A program made the translations under genes and the position numbers. Positions 9,099-18,196 of a stretch of 64,000 nt of DNA are shown here, one piece after another. Below the pieces are notes generated by a model that was given only the letters and a program-made list of their open reading frames with translations, was not told the DNA's origin and did not search any database. The DNA lies in NCBI GenBank assembly GCA_019637855.1, contig JAHBUX010000008.1:28243-92242 (forward strand), in the 5' to 3' direction. This DNA is from Bdellovibrionales bacterium. Its GTDB lineage: Bacteria > Bdellovibrionota > Bdellovibrionia > Bdellovibrionales > UBA1609. The first letter of the stretch is position 1, and each line of letters begins with the position of its first letter.

Positions 9099-9433
9099 AC
9101 CATCCCCACCTTCAGGCGCAGTGAAGCAATTTTGCGCTCGTGATTGGCGGCCTCACTCCACTCGCACTCCCATTCGCCACCACCCACATCGGACACGTCG
9201 ATATGAACGCGTGCCTGAGGCCCGATTGGCTGCATGAATTTGGCAGACACAACCCCTGCGAGAAACAGCCCTGTGTTACCGGTTTGTTTACGAATAAGCT
9301 CTAGGCTTGCGTCGACAATACCGACGGCAGGAAAAACCGGATTGCCGGGAAAATGACCGGCAAAGTACGGCAGGTCGGCCGGGACGGTCCAATCGGTGTT
9401 CATGTTGGCGAAAACTTTCTGCGTATCGAGCAT
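9095..9433 (-). CDS. FabZ-like 3-hydroxyacyl-ACP dehydratase hot-dog subunit (His-bearing)
   Basis: YFAGHFPGNPVFPAVGIVDASLEL is a FabZ-type GHFP..P motif. The stop overlaps the next start in ATGA (9095-9098). I prefer the ATG at 9433 over the TTG at 9439. Confidence 0.7.
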   Translation of the reverse strand: MLDTQKVFANMNTDWTVPADLPYFAGHFPGNPVFPAVGIVDASLELIRKQTGNTGLFLAGVVSAKFMQPIGPQARVHIDVSDVGGGEWECEWSEAANHERKIASLRLKVGMV

Positions 9434-9484
9434 GCACAAGAGACTAACCTAAGTGCTTTGCCAAATGCAGCGAGAAACTCTAGT

Positions 9485-11371
9485 ATGAAGCCCTGTTGTA
9501 TGATTTTACGAGTCTGTGTCGTAATTCCTTGTTTCAATAACCCGCGCACCATCAGCTCCGTGCTGAAAGACGTTGTCAATAAGACATCCTATCCCATTCT
9601 CGTTTTGGACGACGGTTCCGAGACGCCGGTCACGAATGTGCTGTACTCTTTCGAGGTGCGCCAAGCCTTAGAGCAAGGGCGTCTGCGTGTGGTGCGCTTT
9701 GACGAGAATCGCGGCAAAGGAGCTGTGCTCCGTTATGCCATCCAAGATCTTATGGCCAAGGGTTTCACCCATATGCTCACCATGGACGGCAACGGCCGTC
9801 AGCTGGCTTCGCAAATTCCGAAACTGACGCGGGCGGCGGCCGCCCATCCTTGGGCTTTGATTGTCGGTCGGCGGAATTTGAAAACCGATCCACCGACGCG
9901 AATGCAGCGCTGGGGACGACAGATTCTCAATTTCTGTGTGCGTTTTGAAACGGGTGAATCTTTAAAAGATACCCAGAGTGGATTTCGTATCTATCCTTTG
10001 TTCTCGTTGCAGATGATGCGCTTTCGTACCCGTCGCTACGACTGGGAGATGGAGGCTTTGATTCGTTTGCTGTGGAGTGGTGTGCAAGTGCACGAGGTCG
10101 ATGTCGACACCGCACCGTTTAATGCGAGCGAGCACGTCGTTCACTTTCATCGCATCAAGGATTCACTGCGGTTGTCGCTTTTGAAGCTGGCTCTGATCGC
10201 GGTGTCTTTGGTGCGCACGCACGCCACGGCTTGGGAGCTCGGTCTGTCGGTGGCCGTAGGAGTGTTTGTCGGTGCGACACCGCTGTTTGGATTTCACACT
10301 TTGATTTTGATTGCGTTGGCCTTCGTGCTCCCGCTCAATTTCGTAGCGATGTACATTGGCAGTCACGTGGGCATCCCGGTGTTGATTCCCTTTCTTCTGG
10401 TGGCCGAAGTTTATATCGGACAGGTGTGGTTGGGGATTCCAACGGGCGATGGCCTGATGGGTCACTTTCTGCAGTGGTCGGCGGGGTCCGTTGTGCTGGG
10501 TATGATTTTGGGCGTACCGGCAGGTCTGCTGACCTATTGGGCCGTGCGCACGGCCCAAAATCCTCACGCTGAAGCGGACCTGGCCGCACAACAGGCGGGC
10601 CGTCATCATTTGTTCGTGTGGATCACTGAGACCTTTGGTGTGCGTGCGGCTTATGCGGTCATCCCTTTTGTGGTGGTATGGCGCTACTTAGTGCTGATGC
10701 GCGCTCGTCGAGGCTTGAACGAGTTCTACCGCGTGATGATGCCGGGGCAGGGATTTTTTCGCCGGCAGTTACAGGTGCTCGGTCATTTGCGCCGTTGCGC
10801 TGAGATTCAAGCCGATGGTTTAGCTTTGGCTTGCGGTCGCCACCCGGGAATCATCACCCGCCATGACGGCAATTTGAATGGTTCCGCTCGAGTGGTCATC
10901 TCCGCCCATTTGGGTTCGTGGGAGGCCGCCAGTGCCGCTCTGCAATCCTCGCCGCAGCTTTACTATGGCGATCGTTCGAGCGGGTATCGCTATGAATTGA
11001 TCCCGTTTATGGGCCGCTTGGCGCCGTTTGACGTGACGCCCTTTCAGCAAGCGGCCCGCCTCCAGGCGCCGTTGGCCTTTAGTTTTGGTTTGAAAACTGA
11101 GGGTGGTATTTACGACCTCTTCTCACGCCCGGCGATGTGTTACGAATTTCGCGGCGACACGGCAGAAGACTTGCAAATTTTAGAGTGGGCTAGTCGTTTT
11201 GTGCGTCAGCTGGAATTCTATGTGCGCAAGTACCCCGACCAATGGTTCAACCTCTATCCCTTCTGGTCGGCGCTGCCTCCGCGTCATGAGGTCCATGCGG
11301 GAGTGTTCATGGAGGATCTCGAGCCGGTGCCGCCGCTGCAACCGCAGCGGGGCGCGGACATCAAGACCTAG
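9485..11371 (+). CDS. tri-domain fusion: GT2 glycosyltransferase + DUF2062 membrane domain + LpxL-like acyltransferase
   Basis: The GT2 signature is VVIPCFNN, VLDDGSE and TMDGNG. A multi-TM segment (GVFVGATPLFGFHTLILIALAF) resembles DUF2062. The C-terminal domain carries an H(x)4E acyltransferase motif (AHLGSWE) and ends in KYPDQWFNLYPFW. I chose the ATG at 9485; the upstream part of ORF 9353.. overlaps the divergent gene. Confidence 0.7.
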   Translation: MKPCCMILRVCVVIPCFNNPRTISSVLKDVVNKTSYPILVLDDGSETPVTNVLYSFEVRQALEQGRLRVVRFDENRGKGAVLRYAIQDLMAKGFTHMLTMDGNGRQLASQIPKLTRAAAAHPWALIVGRRNLKTDPPTRMQRWGRQILNFCVRFETGESLKDTQSGFRIYPLFSLQMMRFRTRRYDWEMEALIRLLWSGVQVHEVDVDTAPFNASEHVVHFHRIKDSLRLSLLKLALIAVSLVRTHATAWELGLSVAVGVFVGATPLFGFHTLILIALAFVLPLNFVAMYIGSHVGIPVLIPFLLVAEVYIGQVWLGIPTGDGLMGHFLQWSAGSVVLGMILGVPAGLLTYWAVRTAQNPHAEADLAAQQAGRHHLFVWITETFGVRAAYAVIPFVVVWRYLVLMRARRGLNEFYRVMMPGQGFFRRQLQVLGHLRRCAEIQADGLALACGRHPGIITRHDGNLNGSARVVISAHLGSWEAASAALQSSPQLYYGDRSSGYRYELIPFMGRLAPFDVTPFQQAARLQAPLAFSFGLKTEGGIYDLFSRPAMCYEFRGDTAEDLQILEWASRFVRQLEFYVRKYPDQWFNLYPFWSALPPRHEVHAGVFMEDLEPVPPLQPQRGADIKT

Positions 11372-12774
11372 TCACCCAACTCGCGCACATTGATCGAGTA
11401 CTTTTTAATTTTACGCAGCAGAGTGTTTTTTGGAATATTGGCCTGAGCCACGGTCTGATTGATGCGGCCATTATTGGCCTTTAGGGCTTGAACGATAAAT
11501 TCTTTTTCCGTCTCTTCTTTGAAGCGGTCGAAGTCCAAAGGACCTGAGTAGGAACCAGGCAGATCGAATTCGATTTCGCTCTGAGCCGCATGGCGCATGG
11601 CCTCGGGCAGAGAGTTCAGGCTGATAAGCGAATCATTTTCGATCACGAAGCTGCGTTCAACCAGATTTTCCAATTCACGAATATTGCCGGGCCAGCGGTA
11701 CTTGCGCAGCACTTTGATGGCGTCAGGGGCAAAACCTTGAATGTGTCGGCCCATCTTGCGATTGAAACGACGAACGAAATGCGAGATCAGGTTCTCGAGG
11801 TCGTCGGTGCGCTCACGCAAAGGCGGCAGGAAGATCGGCATTACGTTCAGGCGGTAGAAAAGGTCTTCGCGGAACTCGCTCTCTTCGATCATCTTTTCCA
11901 GATTGCGATTGGTGGCCGCGATCACGCGGGCATTGGAAGAAACTTCGCGGTTTGAACCAACCGGAGTGAAGCGCTTCTCTTGCAGCACGCGCAACAGTTT
12001 GACCTGCATATCGGGACGCAACTCCGCGATCTCGTCTAGGAAGATCGTGCCTTTGTTGGCCAGCTGAAACTTGCCGATCTTACGCTCGACAGCGCCCGTG
12101 AAGGCGCCTTTTTCATGACCAAAGAGCTCACTCTCCATCAAAGCTTCAGGAATAGCGCCGCAGTTGATGGCCACAAACTCACCATGCTTGCGCGGCGAAT
12201 TGAAGTGAATGGCGCGGGCCACGAGCTCTTTACCCGTTCCGTTCTCACCGCGGATCAATACGGTGGTGTCCACCTGACTTAAACGGTTCACCAGATCGAA
12301 AATCTCGCGCATTTTCTTAGATGAGCCTACAAATTCCGTATCGACGTCATCGTCCAAAATAGGGGCGGAGATGGCGAGAGACGAAACCATCTCTTGTGTC
12401 TCTAGAGCCTTCTTGACGATCAGAGCGAGCTTTTCGGGCTGCACGGGCTTTTCGATGTAGTCGTAGGCGCCCTCTTTGATGGCGGTCACCGCGTCTTGCA
12501 AGTTGGAATGCGCGGTCATGATGACGACGAACACGCGGGGATCGAGAGCTTTGATCTGCGACAATGCTTCCAGACCGTTCATCTCCGGCATGCGCACGTC
12601 CATAAGGACCAAGTCAAAGTCGCTGCCTTCGACTTGTGACAGAGCTTCGCGGCCGTTGGCCGCTTCTTTTACGTTGAAGCTGAACTCGGGCATGGTGCTG
12701 GTAAGCACCGAAGCCACCGATTTTCTGAGTTCGGCTTCGTCATCGACGATCAAAACGCTAATTTCTTTGGTCAT
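11368..12774 (-). CDS. sigma-54-dependent response regulator (NtrC family: REC + AAA+ + Fis-type HTH)
   Basis: REC domain (LVLMDVRMPEMNG), Walker A GENGTGKE, the GAFTGA loop (HEKGAFTGA) and a C-terminal HTH. Confidence 0.9.
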   Translation of the reverse strand: MTKEISVLIVDDEAELRKSVASVLTSTMPEFSFNVKEAANGREALSQVEGSDFDLVLMDVRMPEMNGLEALSQIKALDPRVFVVIMTAHSNLQDAVTAIKEGAYDYIEKPVQPEKLALIVKKALETQEMVSSLAISAPILDDDVDTEFVGSSKKMREIFDLVNRLSQVDTTVLIRGENGTGKELVARAIHFNSPRKHGEFVAINCGAIPEALMESELFGHEKGAFTGAVERKIGKFQLANKGTIFLDEIAELRPDMQVKLLRVLQEKRFTPVGSNREVSSNARVIAATNRNLEKMIEESEFREDLFYRLNVMPIFLPPLRERTDDLENLISHFVRRFNRKMGRHIQGFAPDAIKVLRKYRWPGNIRELENLVERSFVIENDSLISLNSLPEAMRHAAQSEIEFDLPGSYSGPLDFDRFKEETEKEFIVQALKANNGRINQTVAQANIPKNTLLRKIKKYSINVRELGD

Positions 12775-12790
12775 ACACTCTCTCCGTTTA

Positions 12791-14593
12791 CTACGCTTCT
12801 AAAGGCAGGGTAAACCCCACTCTTGTACCTTTTCCGAGCTCGCTTTCCAAGAAGACTTCGCCTCCGTGCAGCTCAATGAAATACTTCACCAGGAACAGTC
12901 CCAAACCGGTACCTTTGATAGAGCTCTGCTGAGCCTGACCGCGAAAGAACTTCTCGAACAGATGCTCTTTGTCCTGCTCGGGAATGCCTGGGCCAGAGTC
13001 CTTCACGGTAAAGATCACTTTGTCGTCGATCTCGTTCGTTTGCACCTGGATGTCACCGTCGTTGGGCGTGTACTTCACGGCGTTCTCAACCAGATTCAAA
13101 ATCACTTCTTGAATCAAAACACCGTCGGCCTCGATCGAGAACATGGGCTCTAAATCCATAGCTAAACGCTGGCGTTTATCCTGCGAGAGCGGACGCAGCT
13201 GAGTGACGGCCTTTTCAACCACTTCGTTGAAGTCGATGGGCTCTTTGCGCACTTGAACTTTGTTGGACTCTAGCCGCGATATCTGCAAAATGCTTTGAAT
13301 GTAACGATGCAGCTCCATGCTCTCTTTACGCACGCTGCTCAAGCCCTCACGCACCTCTTCGCTGACCTCTTTGGGACTGGTCATAAGACGGTCGCAAATG
13401 GCTTGGATCTTGGCGATCGGAGTTTTCAAATCGTGGCTGATCAAGCTGACGAAGTTGTTGCGCAGCTGATCCAGTTCGGACAGCAGATGCTTCTCTTGCT
13501 CCAGGCGCCAGGTCTGATTCTCTTTCAACGACAACTGATAGCCGATAAACACCACGTAAGCCACCACCTCGAGCATCAAAGCCGAGTAAGCGGGTAGCCA
13601 AATGTAAAACGAATCAAACACCCACAACGACAGGGCGACCGAGCCGAGCGCGATCCACACCAAGAAAACCGCCGCCACCATCTGCGGGTAGTTGGTCAGA
13701 ACGGCCACCGCTAGAAGCAAAACCGCGAGCAAGTAGATCGACGACAGCCAAAGTGGCGTGCGTTTGATCCAACGCTTTGCCAAAACATTGTCGGTGGTCT
13801 GCGCGATCACATCGGCGCGTGCCATTTGCCCGACCGGTGTGTGATAGGCCGAGAGTTGTGAACTGCCGATGATTACGATTTTGTCTTTGAAGAACGCCGG
13901 TGGGACGCGACCCTGCAAAACATTGAGGGCGGAGATCGAGGGGAACACGCCCTTCGGGCCGCGGTAGTTGATCGTGCGCGATTCGCCGATCAATGCATTC
14001 ACATCCTGTGGGGCCACCTGAGCTGAAGATTCAGCCAGTTTGATGGCCATATGGGGAATTGGGGCGAGAGGCGGAGAGAAGCGCCGTAAAACACGATCTT
14101 CATCTTCGCGCAAATCGACCAGCGCGGCATTGTGGCCGTAACTAGTGGCCATCAAGGGCAGCGCCACCCGCCCCTCATTGTCCAATTGCGCCGCCCAAAT
14201 CACCCGCGGGTCAAAGAGATAGCGTTGAGTTTCGTCAGGGCGAGGCAAGTTGGGATTGAATACGAAGCTGACGCCGATGGAACGCGGATCTTGCGCCAAG
14301 ATATTGCCCAATAAACGGTTCCACACGGCCGTGCGCCAGAAAGAGGCATCGTTCAGCTCGTTGGTTTCTTTCAACGTTCGCAACCAATTTTGGCTGGCGC
14401 CGACCCACGCGTTCCAATCTTCTTGATCGAAGTAGACCATAACGATTTGCTTCGACACCTCTTGGGTGCCGCGCAGACGGAAACGAGTGTCATACTGCTT
14501 CACTTCATCAAAAGCGGGGAACGTGCTTCCCAGAGCCCAGCAAAACAGGATTCGGAGCCAAAGACCTTTGGCTTGCCATATGCGGTCAAACAT
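12791..14593 (-). CDS. sensor histidine kinase with large N-terminal extracytoplasmic (CHASE2-like) domain
   Basis: One N-terminal TM, a periplasmic region of about 270 aa and three TM segments. H-box SHDLKTPI, plus N and G boxes (DSGPGIP, GTGLGL). It lies 16 nt upstream of the regulator gene. The ATG at 14593 is preferred over the TTG at 14611. Confidence 0.8.
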   Translation of the reverse strand: MFDRIWQAKGLWLRILFCWALGSTFPAFDEVKQYDTRFRLRGTQEVSKQIVMVYFDQEDWNAWVGASQNWLRTLKETNELNDASFWRTAVWNRLLGNILAQDPRSIGVSFVFNPNLPRPDETQRYLFDPRVIWAAQLDNEGRVALPLMATSYGHNAALVDLREDEDRVLRRFSPPLAPIPHMAIKLAESSAQVAPQDVNALIGESRTINYRGPKGVFPSISALNVLQGRVPPAFFKDKIVIIGSSQLSAYHTPVGQMARADVIAQTTDNVLAKRWIKRTPLWLSSIYLLAVLLLAVAVLTNYPQMVAAVFLVWIALGSVALSLWVFDSFYIWLPAYSALMLEVVAYVVFIGYQLSLKENQTWRLEQEKHLLSELDQLRNNFVSLISHDLKTPIAKIQAICDRLMTSPKEVSEEVREGLSSVRKESMELHRYIQSILQISRLESNKVQVRKEPIDFNEVVEKAVTQLRPLSQDKRQRLAMDLEPMFSIEADGVLIQEVILNLVENAVKYTPNDGDIQVQTNEIDDKVIFTVKDSGPGIPEQDKEHLFEKFFRGQAQQSSIKGTGLGLFLVKYFIELHGGEVFLESELGKGTRVGFTLPLEA

Positions 14594-14666
14594 CACGACA
14601 CGTCGTATCAAAAAGGTCTTGAGAATTCAATTGGTTCCGCTCCGGAAATCGGTCATTTTACCGGCC

Positions 14667-15584
14667 ATGCAAGTATGGCGAGAGTTCGATCCTAAAGCGG
14701 CTTCCGGTTTCCCGGGTGCGGCTGTAATGATCGGTAATTTCGATGGGTTACATCGTGGGCATCAGTCCCTGCTACAGGCTGCCGGGCGCTGTCCGGGCCC
14801 CCGCGTGGTGATCACCTTCGATCCACACCCCCTGCAGGTGTTACAGCCGGCCAAAGCCTTGAAACGCCTGCTTCCGCGTGAGGACCTTGCCGAGCAGCTA
14901 CCACGCTATGGGGTTGATCTGCTGATTTTGCTTAAGTTTGACCGTTCGTTTGCGGCGCAAACGGCGGAAGAATTTCTAAATACCTATGTTGGTGCTTTTA
15001 CTCCGAAGCACATCATTGCCGGCTATGATTTTGGTTTTGGTAAAGCACGTGAGGGTTCGTTGCAGAGTCTGCGCTTGTGGAGTGAAGCACGAGATGCAAA
15101 GCTGCACGTCGTGCAGCCGATGAGAATCGATGGCGATATCATTTCGAGCCGTCGCATTCGCGATTTAGTGACCGCGGGGGATGTGGAACATGCGGCACTT
15201 TTGCTGGGTCGCCCATTTTACCTACGCGGTGAAGTGGTGGCCGGTGCGGGACGTGGTCAGCAGATCGGTGTGCCCACCATGAACCAACATGTGCAAAATG
15301 AAACTTTGCCGCAGCAAGGAGCGTATGCCACCCGCACGCGTTTAAAGGGCATGACCTATCCCTCCGTGACCAATATAGGAATCAATCCAACGTTTGGCGG
15401 AAACGAGGGCGTTAAAGTGGAAACACATGTGCTCGACGCTACACCGTACGCGCGCGGTGAAACCATTGACGTCGACTTTGTCCATCGCTTGCGTCCTGAA
15501 ATGAAGTTCGCGGGCATCGAAGACTTGAAACAACAGATCCAAAAAGACATCCTGAAAGCCAAACAGCTTTTGGGAGTGAAGTGA
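14667..15584 (+). CDS. ribF: bifunctional riboflavin kinase / FMN adenylyltransferase
   Basis: IGNFDGLHRGHQSL and a C-terminal riboflavin kinase domain (PTMNQ, THVLD). The internal ATG at 14667 removes an Arg-rich extension that overlaps the divergent kinase gene. Confidence 0.9.
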   Translation: MQVWREFDPKAASGFPGAAVMIGNFDGLHRGHQSLLQAAGRCPGPRVVITFDPHPLQVLQPAKALKRLLPREDLAEQLPRYGVDLLILLKFDRSFAAQTAEEFLNTYVGAFTPKHIIAGYDFGFGKAREGSLQSLRLWSEARDAKLHVVQPMRIDGDIISSRRIRDLVTAGDVEHAALLLGRPFYLRGEVVAGAGRGQQIGVPTMNQHVQNETLPQQGAYATRTRLKGMTYPSVTNIGINPTFGGNEGVKVETHVLDATPYARGETIDVDFVHRLRPEMKFAGIEDLKQQIQKDILKAKQLLGVK

Positions 15585-16405
15585 AACGCTGGACATCGAT
15601 CGCGACCGCCAATGAAGACGCCCGTTGGAACCTGCTGAGCGAACGCATGAAAAAGCAGGGCATCGCCAACGAGTACGTACCGTGGACCGGTGCCACCGAC
15701 ACGTTTCACGATATCGCTACCCTGAAAGAGTTCGATCATGTTCGTCTGTCGAGCCGCATTGGACCACGAGTTCTGCAAAGCCTAAAAGTGCAGTCGACAT
15801 GGACGACCATGTTGGGCGTGATCGACGGCATGGTGAAGAATGAGCATGGCTGGTGGCCGCTGTGCGCGCTATATGAAAGTTTCGGTCAAACGCTGATTCG
15901 CATCGGCCAACAGCTCGATCAACGCGGCAACGTGTTTGTGGCCGGCGCGGGTGGGGCGGCCCGCACGGCCATCATTGCCTTCTTCAAGGCCGGCTTTCGC
16001 AATTTCTTGCTGACCAACTTCGTCGACTCGGAAGCGGATGAAATGATCAATGACATTCGCAGCAAGTTTTTCGGACTCAATATTCAGTGGGTGCCGATGG
16101 ATCAAATCGTACTCTTGCCCGGCGAGACTTCGGTGTTGGTCAATTGCACGCCGAGCGTGGAAGAAAATCCTCTCTTGATCGAACTTTCTTATCTGAACTT
16201 TCTCAAGCGGCCCGGCTTTCTGGTCGACATCAGTCGCAGTAAGAAGCCCAGCATTCTGGTGACCGAGGCGGATGATGCGGGTGTGAATCTCATCACCGGT
16301 GTCGAAATCGGCGCTCGCGCCGATGTGCTGTGGGCCAAGTGGGCTTTTCAAGCCGAGATCTCGCCGGAAGAGTACATGCAGGAATTCGGCGCCGCCCTTT
16401 CTTAA
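15581..16405 (+). CDS. shikimate dehydrogenase (AroE)-like fold protein, catalytic motifs degenerate
   Basis: The Rossmann motif VFVAGAGGAARTAIIAF sits in the AroE position. The N-terminal substrate-domain motifs (GNPI.HS.SP, NTD) are not recognisable. GTGA overlap with ribF. Confidence 0.45.
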   Translation: MKRWTSIATANEDARWNLLSERMKKQGIANEYVPWTGATDTFHDIATLKEFDHVRLSSRIGPRVLQSLKVQSTWTTMLGVIDGMVKNEHGWWPLCALYESFGQTLIRIGQQLDQRGNVFVAGAGGAARTAIIAFFKAGFRNFLLTNFVDSEADEMINDIRSKFFGLNIQWVPMDQIVLLPGETSVLVNCTPSVEENPLLIELSYLNFLKRPGFLVDISRSKKPSILVTEADDAGVNLITGVEIGARADVLWAKWAFQAEISPEEYMQEFGAALS

Positions 16406-16483
16406 ATAGACCTACGTCCAGTTACAAAAAACGGCACCAGGCATTACTCTTAATATTGAAGGTCACTTCAAAAAGGGGAATTC

Positions 16484-18196
16484 ATGGCGGCGAAGAAAGC
16501 GTTGGCGGAGCTCCTAGTCTCCAGCAACCTTTTGGACTTAGAACAGCTCGAGCAAGCGCGCCGTGATCAGAAGGCCAATGGTGGACGTTTGACCACCTCT
16601 ATCGTGCGTCTGGGATTCCTCAAAGATTCGCAATTGGTGGAGTTCCTTGGCCAGCAGTACGGTTTGCCGACCATCGAGCTTTTTGGTTTCGAGGTCGACC
16701 CCGAAGCATTGAAAATGTTGACCCGTCAGGTGTGCGACAAACACATGGTTATCCCGCTGTCGAAAGCAGGAAAGAGCCTCGTTGTAGCCTTTGCCGACCC
16801 TTCGAACATTTACGTCAAAGACGATTTGGCTCTTCTCACGCGCTGTAAAATCGAGGCGGTGATTGCGTCGGAATCCGCCATTCTGGCCGCTATCGATAAG
16901 TACTATGGCGGCAACCAAAAGATCGAAAACCTGATTTCAGAGATCGAAGACTCAGCTGATACTGCCCGCAATATGGTCGAGATGAATGTTGAGGTCGTCG
17001 ATCAAGCGATGTCGACGGATGAGGGGCCGATCGTAAAGTTCGTCAACGCGATGTTGGCTGAAGCCATCAAGACGCGCACCTCTGATATTCACATCGAACC
17101 TTATGAGAAGCGCTTTCGCATTCGTTTTCGTATCGACGGTGCACTGGTTGAAAAGACGCAACCTCCGGCCAATGCCGCTGCAGCTATCGTCAGCCGTATT
17201 AAGATTCTAAGCCGCTTGGATATCGGTGAACGTCGTAAGCCGCAAGACGGCCGTATGAAAGTGAAGATGAGAAACGGCGTTGAGATCGACTTTCGTGTCA
17301 GCTGCTTGCCCACGATCTTCGGTGAAAAGGTGGTTATGCGTTTGCTCGATAAGAGCAATTTGCAGGTCGATATGACCAAGCTCGGTTTTGAACAAGACGA
17401 CTTTCAAACTTTCCTCGAAGCGATCCGTCAGCCACAAGGGATGATTCTGATCACCGGTCCCACGGGTTCGGGGAAAACGACGACCATCTATTCGGCGTTG
17501 AACGAGCTCAACAAGCCCGACGTCAACGTGTCGACGGCCGAAGATCCCGTCGAATACAATCTTGATGGTATCAATCAGGTGCAAGTAAACCCGGCTATCG
17601 GTTTCACCTTCGCGGAAGCTCTGCGCTCCTTTCTGCGTCAAGATCCTGAGATCGTGATGGTGGGGGAGATTCGCGACTTAGAAACAGCCGAAGTGGCGTT
17701 CAAAGCCGCGTCCACTGGTCACTTGGTGGTGAGTACGCTACACACCAACGATGCTCCATCGACCGTGGCCCGTCTGGTTGAAATCGGTGTTGAACCCTAT
17801 GTCGTGTCCGAAGCCACCAGTATCGTGGTGGCACAGCGTCTGTTGCGCCGTAATTGCCCGAAATGCTCGGTGGAGCATCGAATCCCGCGCGAAGTTTTGT
17901 TGAAGATTGGTATTCCGGAAAAAGAGATCGAAGCGTTCAAGGGTGCCCGTAAGGGTGAAGGTTGCGAAGAGTGCAACGGCACCGGACTCAAAGGTCGTAT
18001 GGCGATTTTCGAATTGCTGACCATGACTTCGGGTGTGAAAGAGGCGATCTACAAAGGCGCCTCTCCAATGGAGATCAAGCGTGAGGCAATGAATGGCGGC
18101 ATGCGCACTCTTCGCCAGGCTGCGATTTTGAAAATGAAGGCCGGGCAAACGACGCTTGAAGAAGTACTGAACACAACGATTCCAGATCTGACATGA
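16484..18196 (+). CDS. pilB: type IV pilus assembly ATPase PilB (GspE family with N-terminal T2SSE_N/MshEN-like domain)
   Basis: Walker A GPTGSGKTTT, Asp box, Walker B and a tetracysteine motif (CPKC...CEEC). Upstream of pilT and pilC. Confidence 0.9.
   Translation: MAAKKALAELLVSSNLLDLEQLEQARRDQKANGGRLTTSIVRLGFLKDSQLVEFLGQQYGLPTIELFGFEVDPEALKMLTRQVCDKHMVIPLSKAGKSLVVAFADPSNIYVKDDLALLTRCKIEAVIASESAILAAIDKYYGGNQKIENLISEIEDSADTARNMVEMNVEVVDQAMSTDEGPIVKFVNAMLAEAIKTRTSDIHIEPYEKRFRIRFRIDGALVEKTQPPANAAAAIVSRIKILSRLDIGERRKPQDGRMKVKMRNGVEIDFRVSCLPTIFGEKVVMRLLDKSNLQVDMTKLGFEQDDFQTFLEAIRQPQGMILITGPTGSGKTTTIYSALNELNKPDVNVSTAEDPVEYNLDGINQVQVNPAIGFTFAEALRSFLRQDPEIVMVGEIRDLETAEVAFKAASTGHLVVSTLHTNDAPSTVARLVEIGVEPYVVSEATSIVVAQRLLRRNCPKCSVEHRIPREVLLKIGIPEKEIEAFKGARKGEGCEECNGTGLKGRMAIFELLTMTSGVKEAIYKGASPMEIKREAMNGGMRTLRQAAILKMKAGQTTLEEVLNTTIPDLT

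Noticed and set aside
9448-9463. Minus-strand TGGCAAAGCACTTAGG upstream of the hot-dog gene pair
   Set aside because: The -24 half is good, but the -12 element reads TTAG, without the essential GC.
16432-16447. GGCACCAGGCATTAC upstream of pilB
   Set aside because: CGGCAC replaces TGGCAC, and the -12 element is TTAC, shifted by one position. This is not a credible RpoN site.
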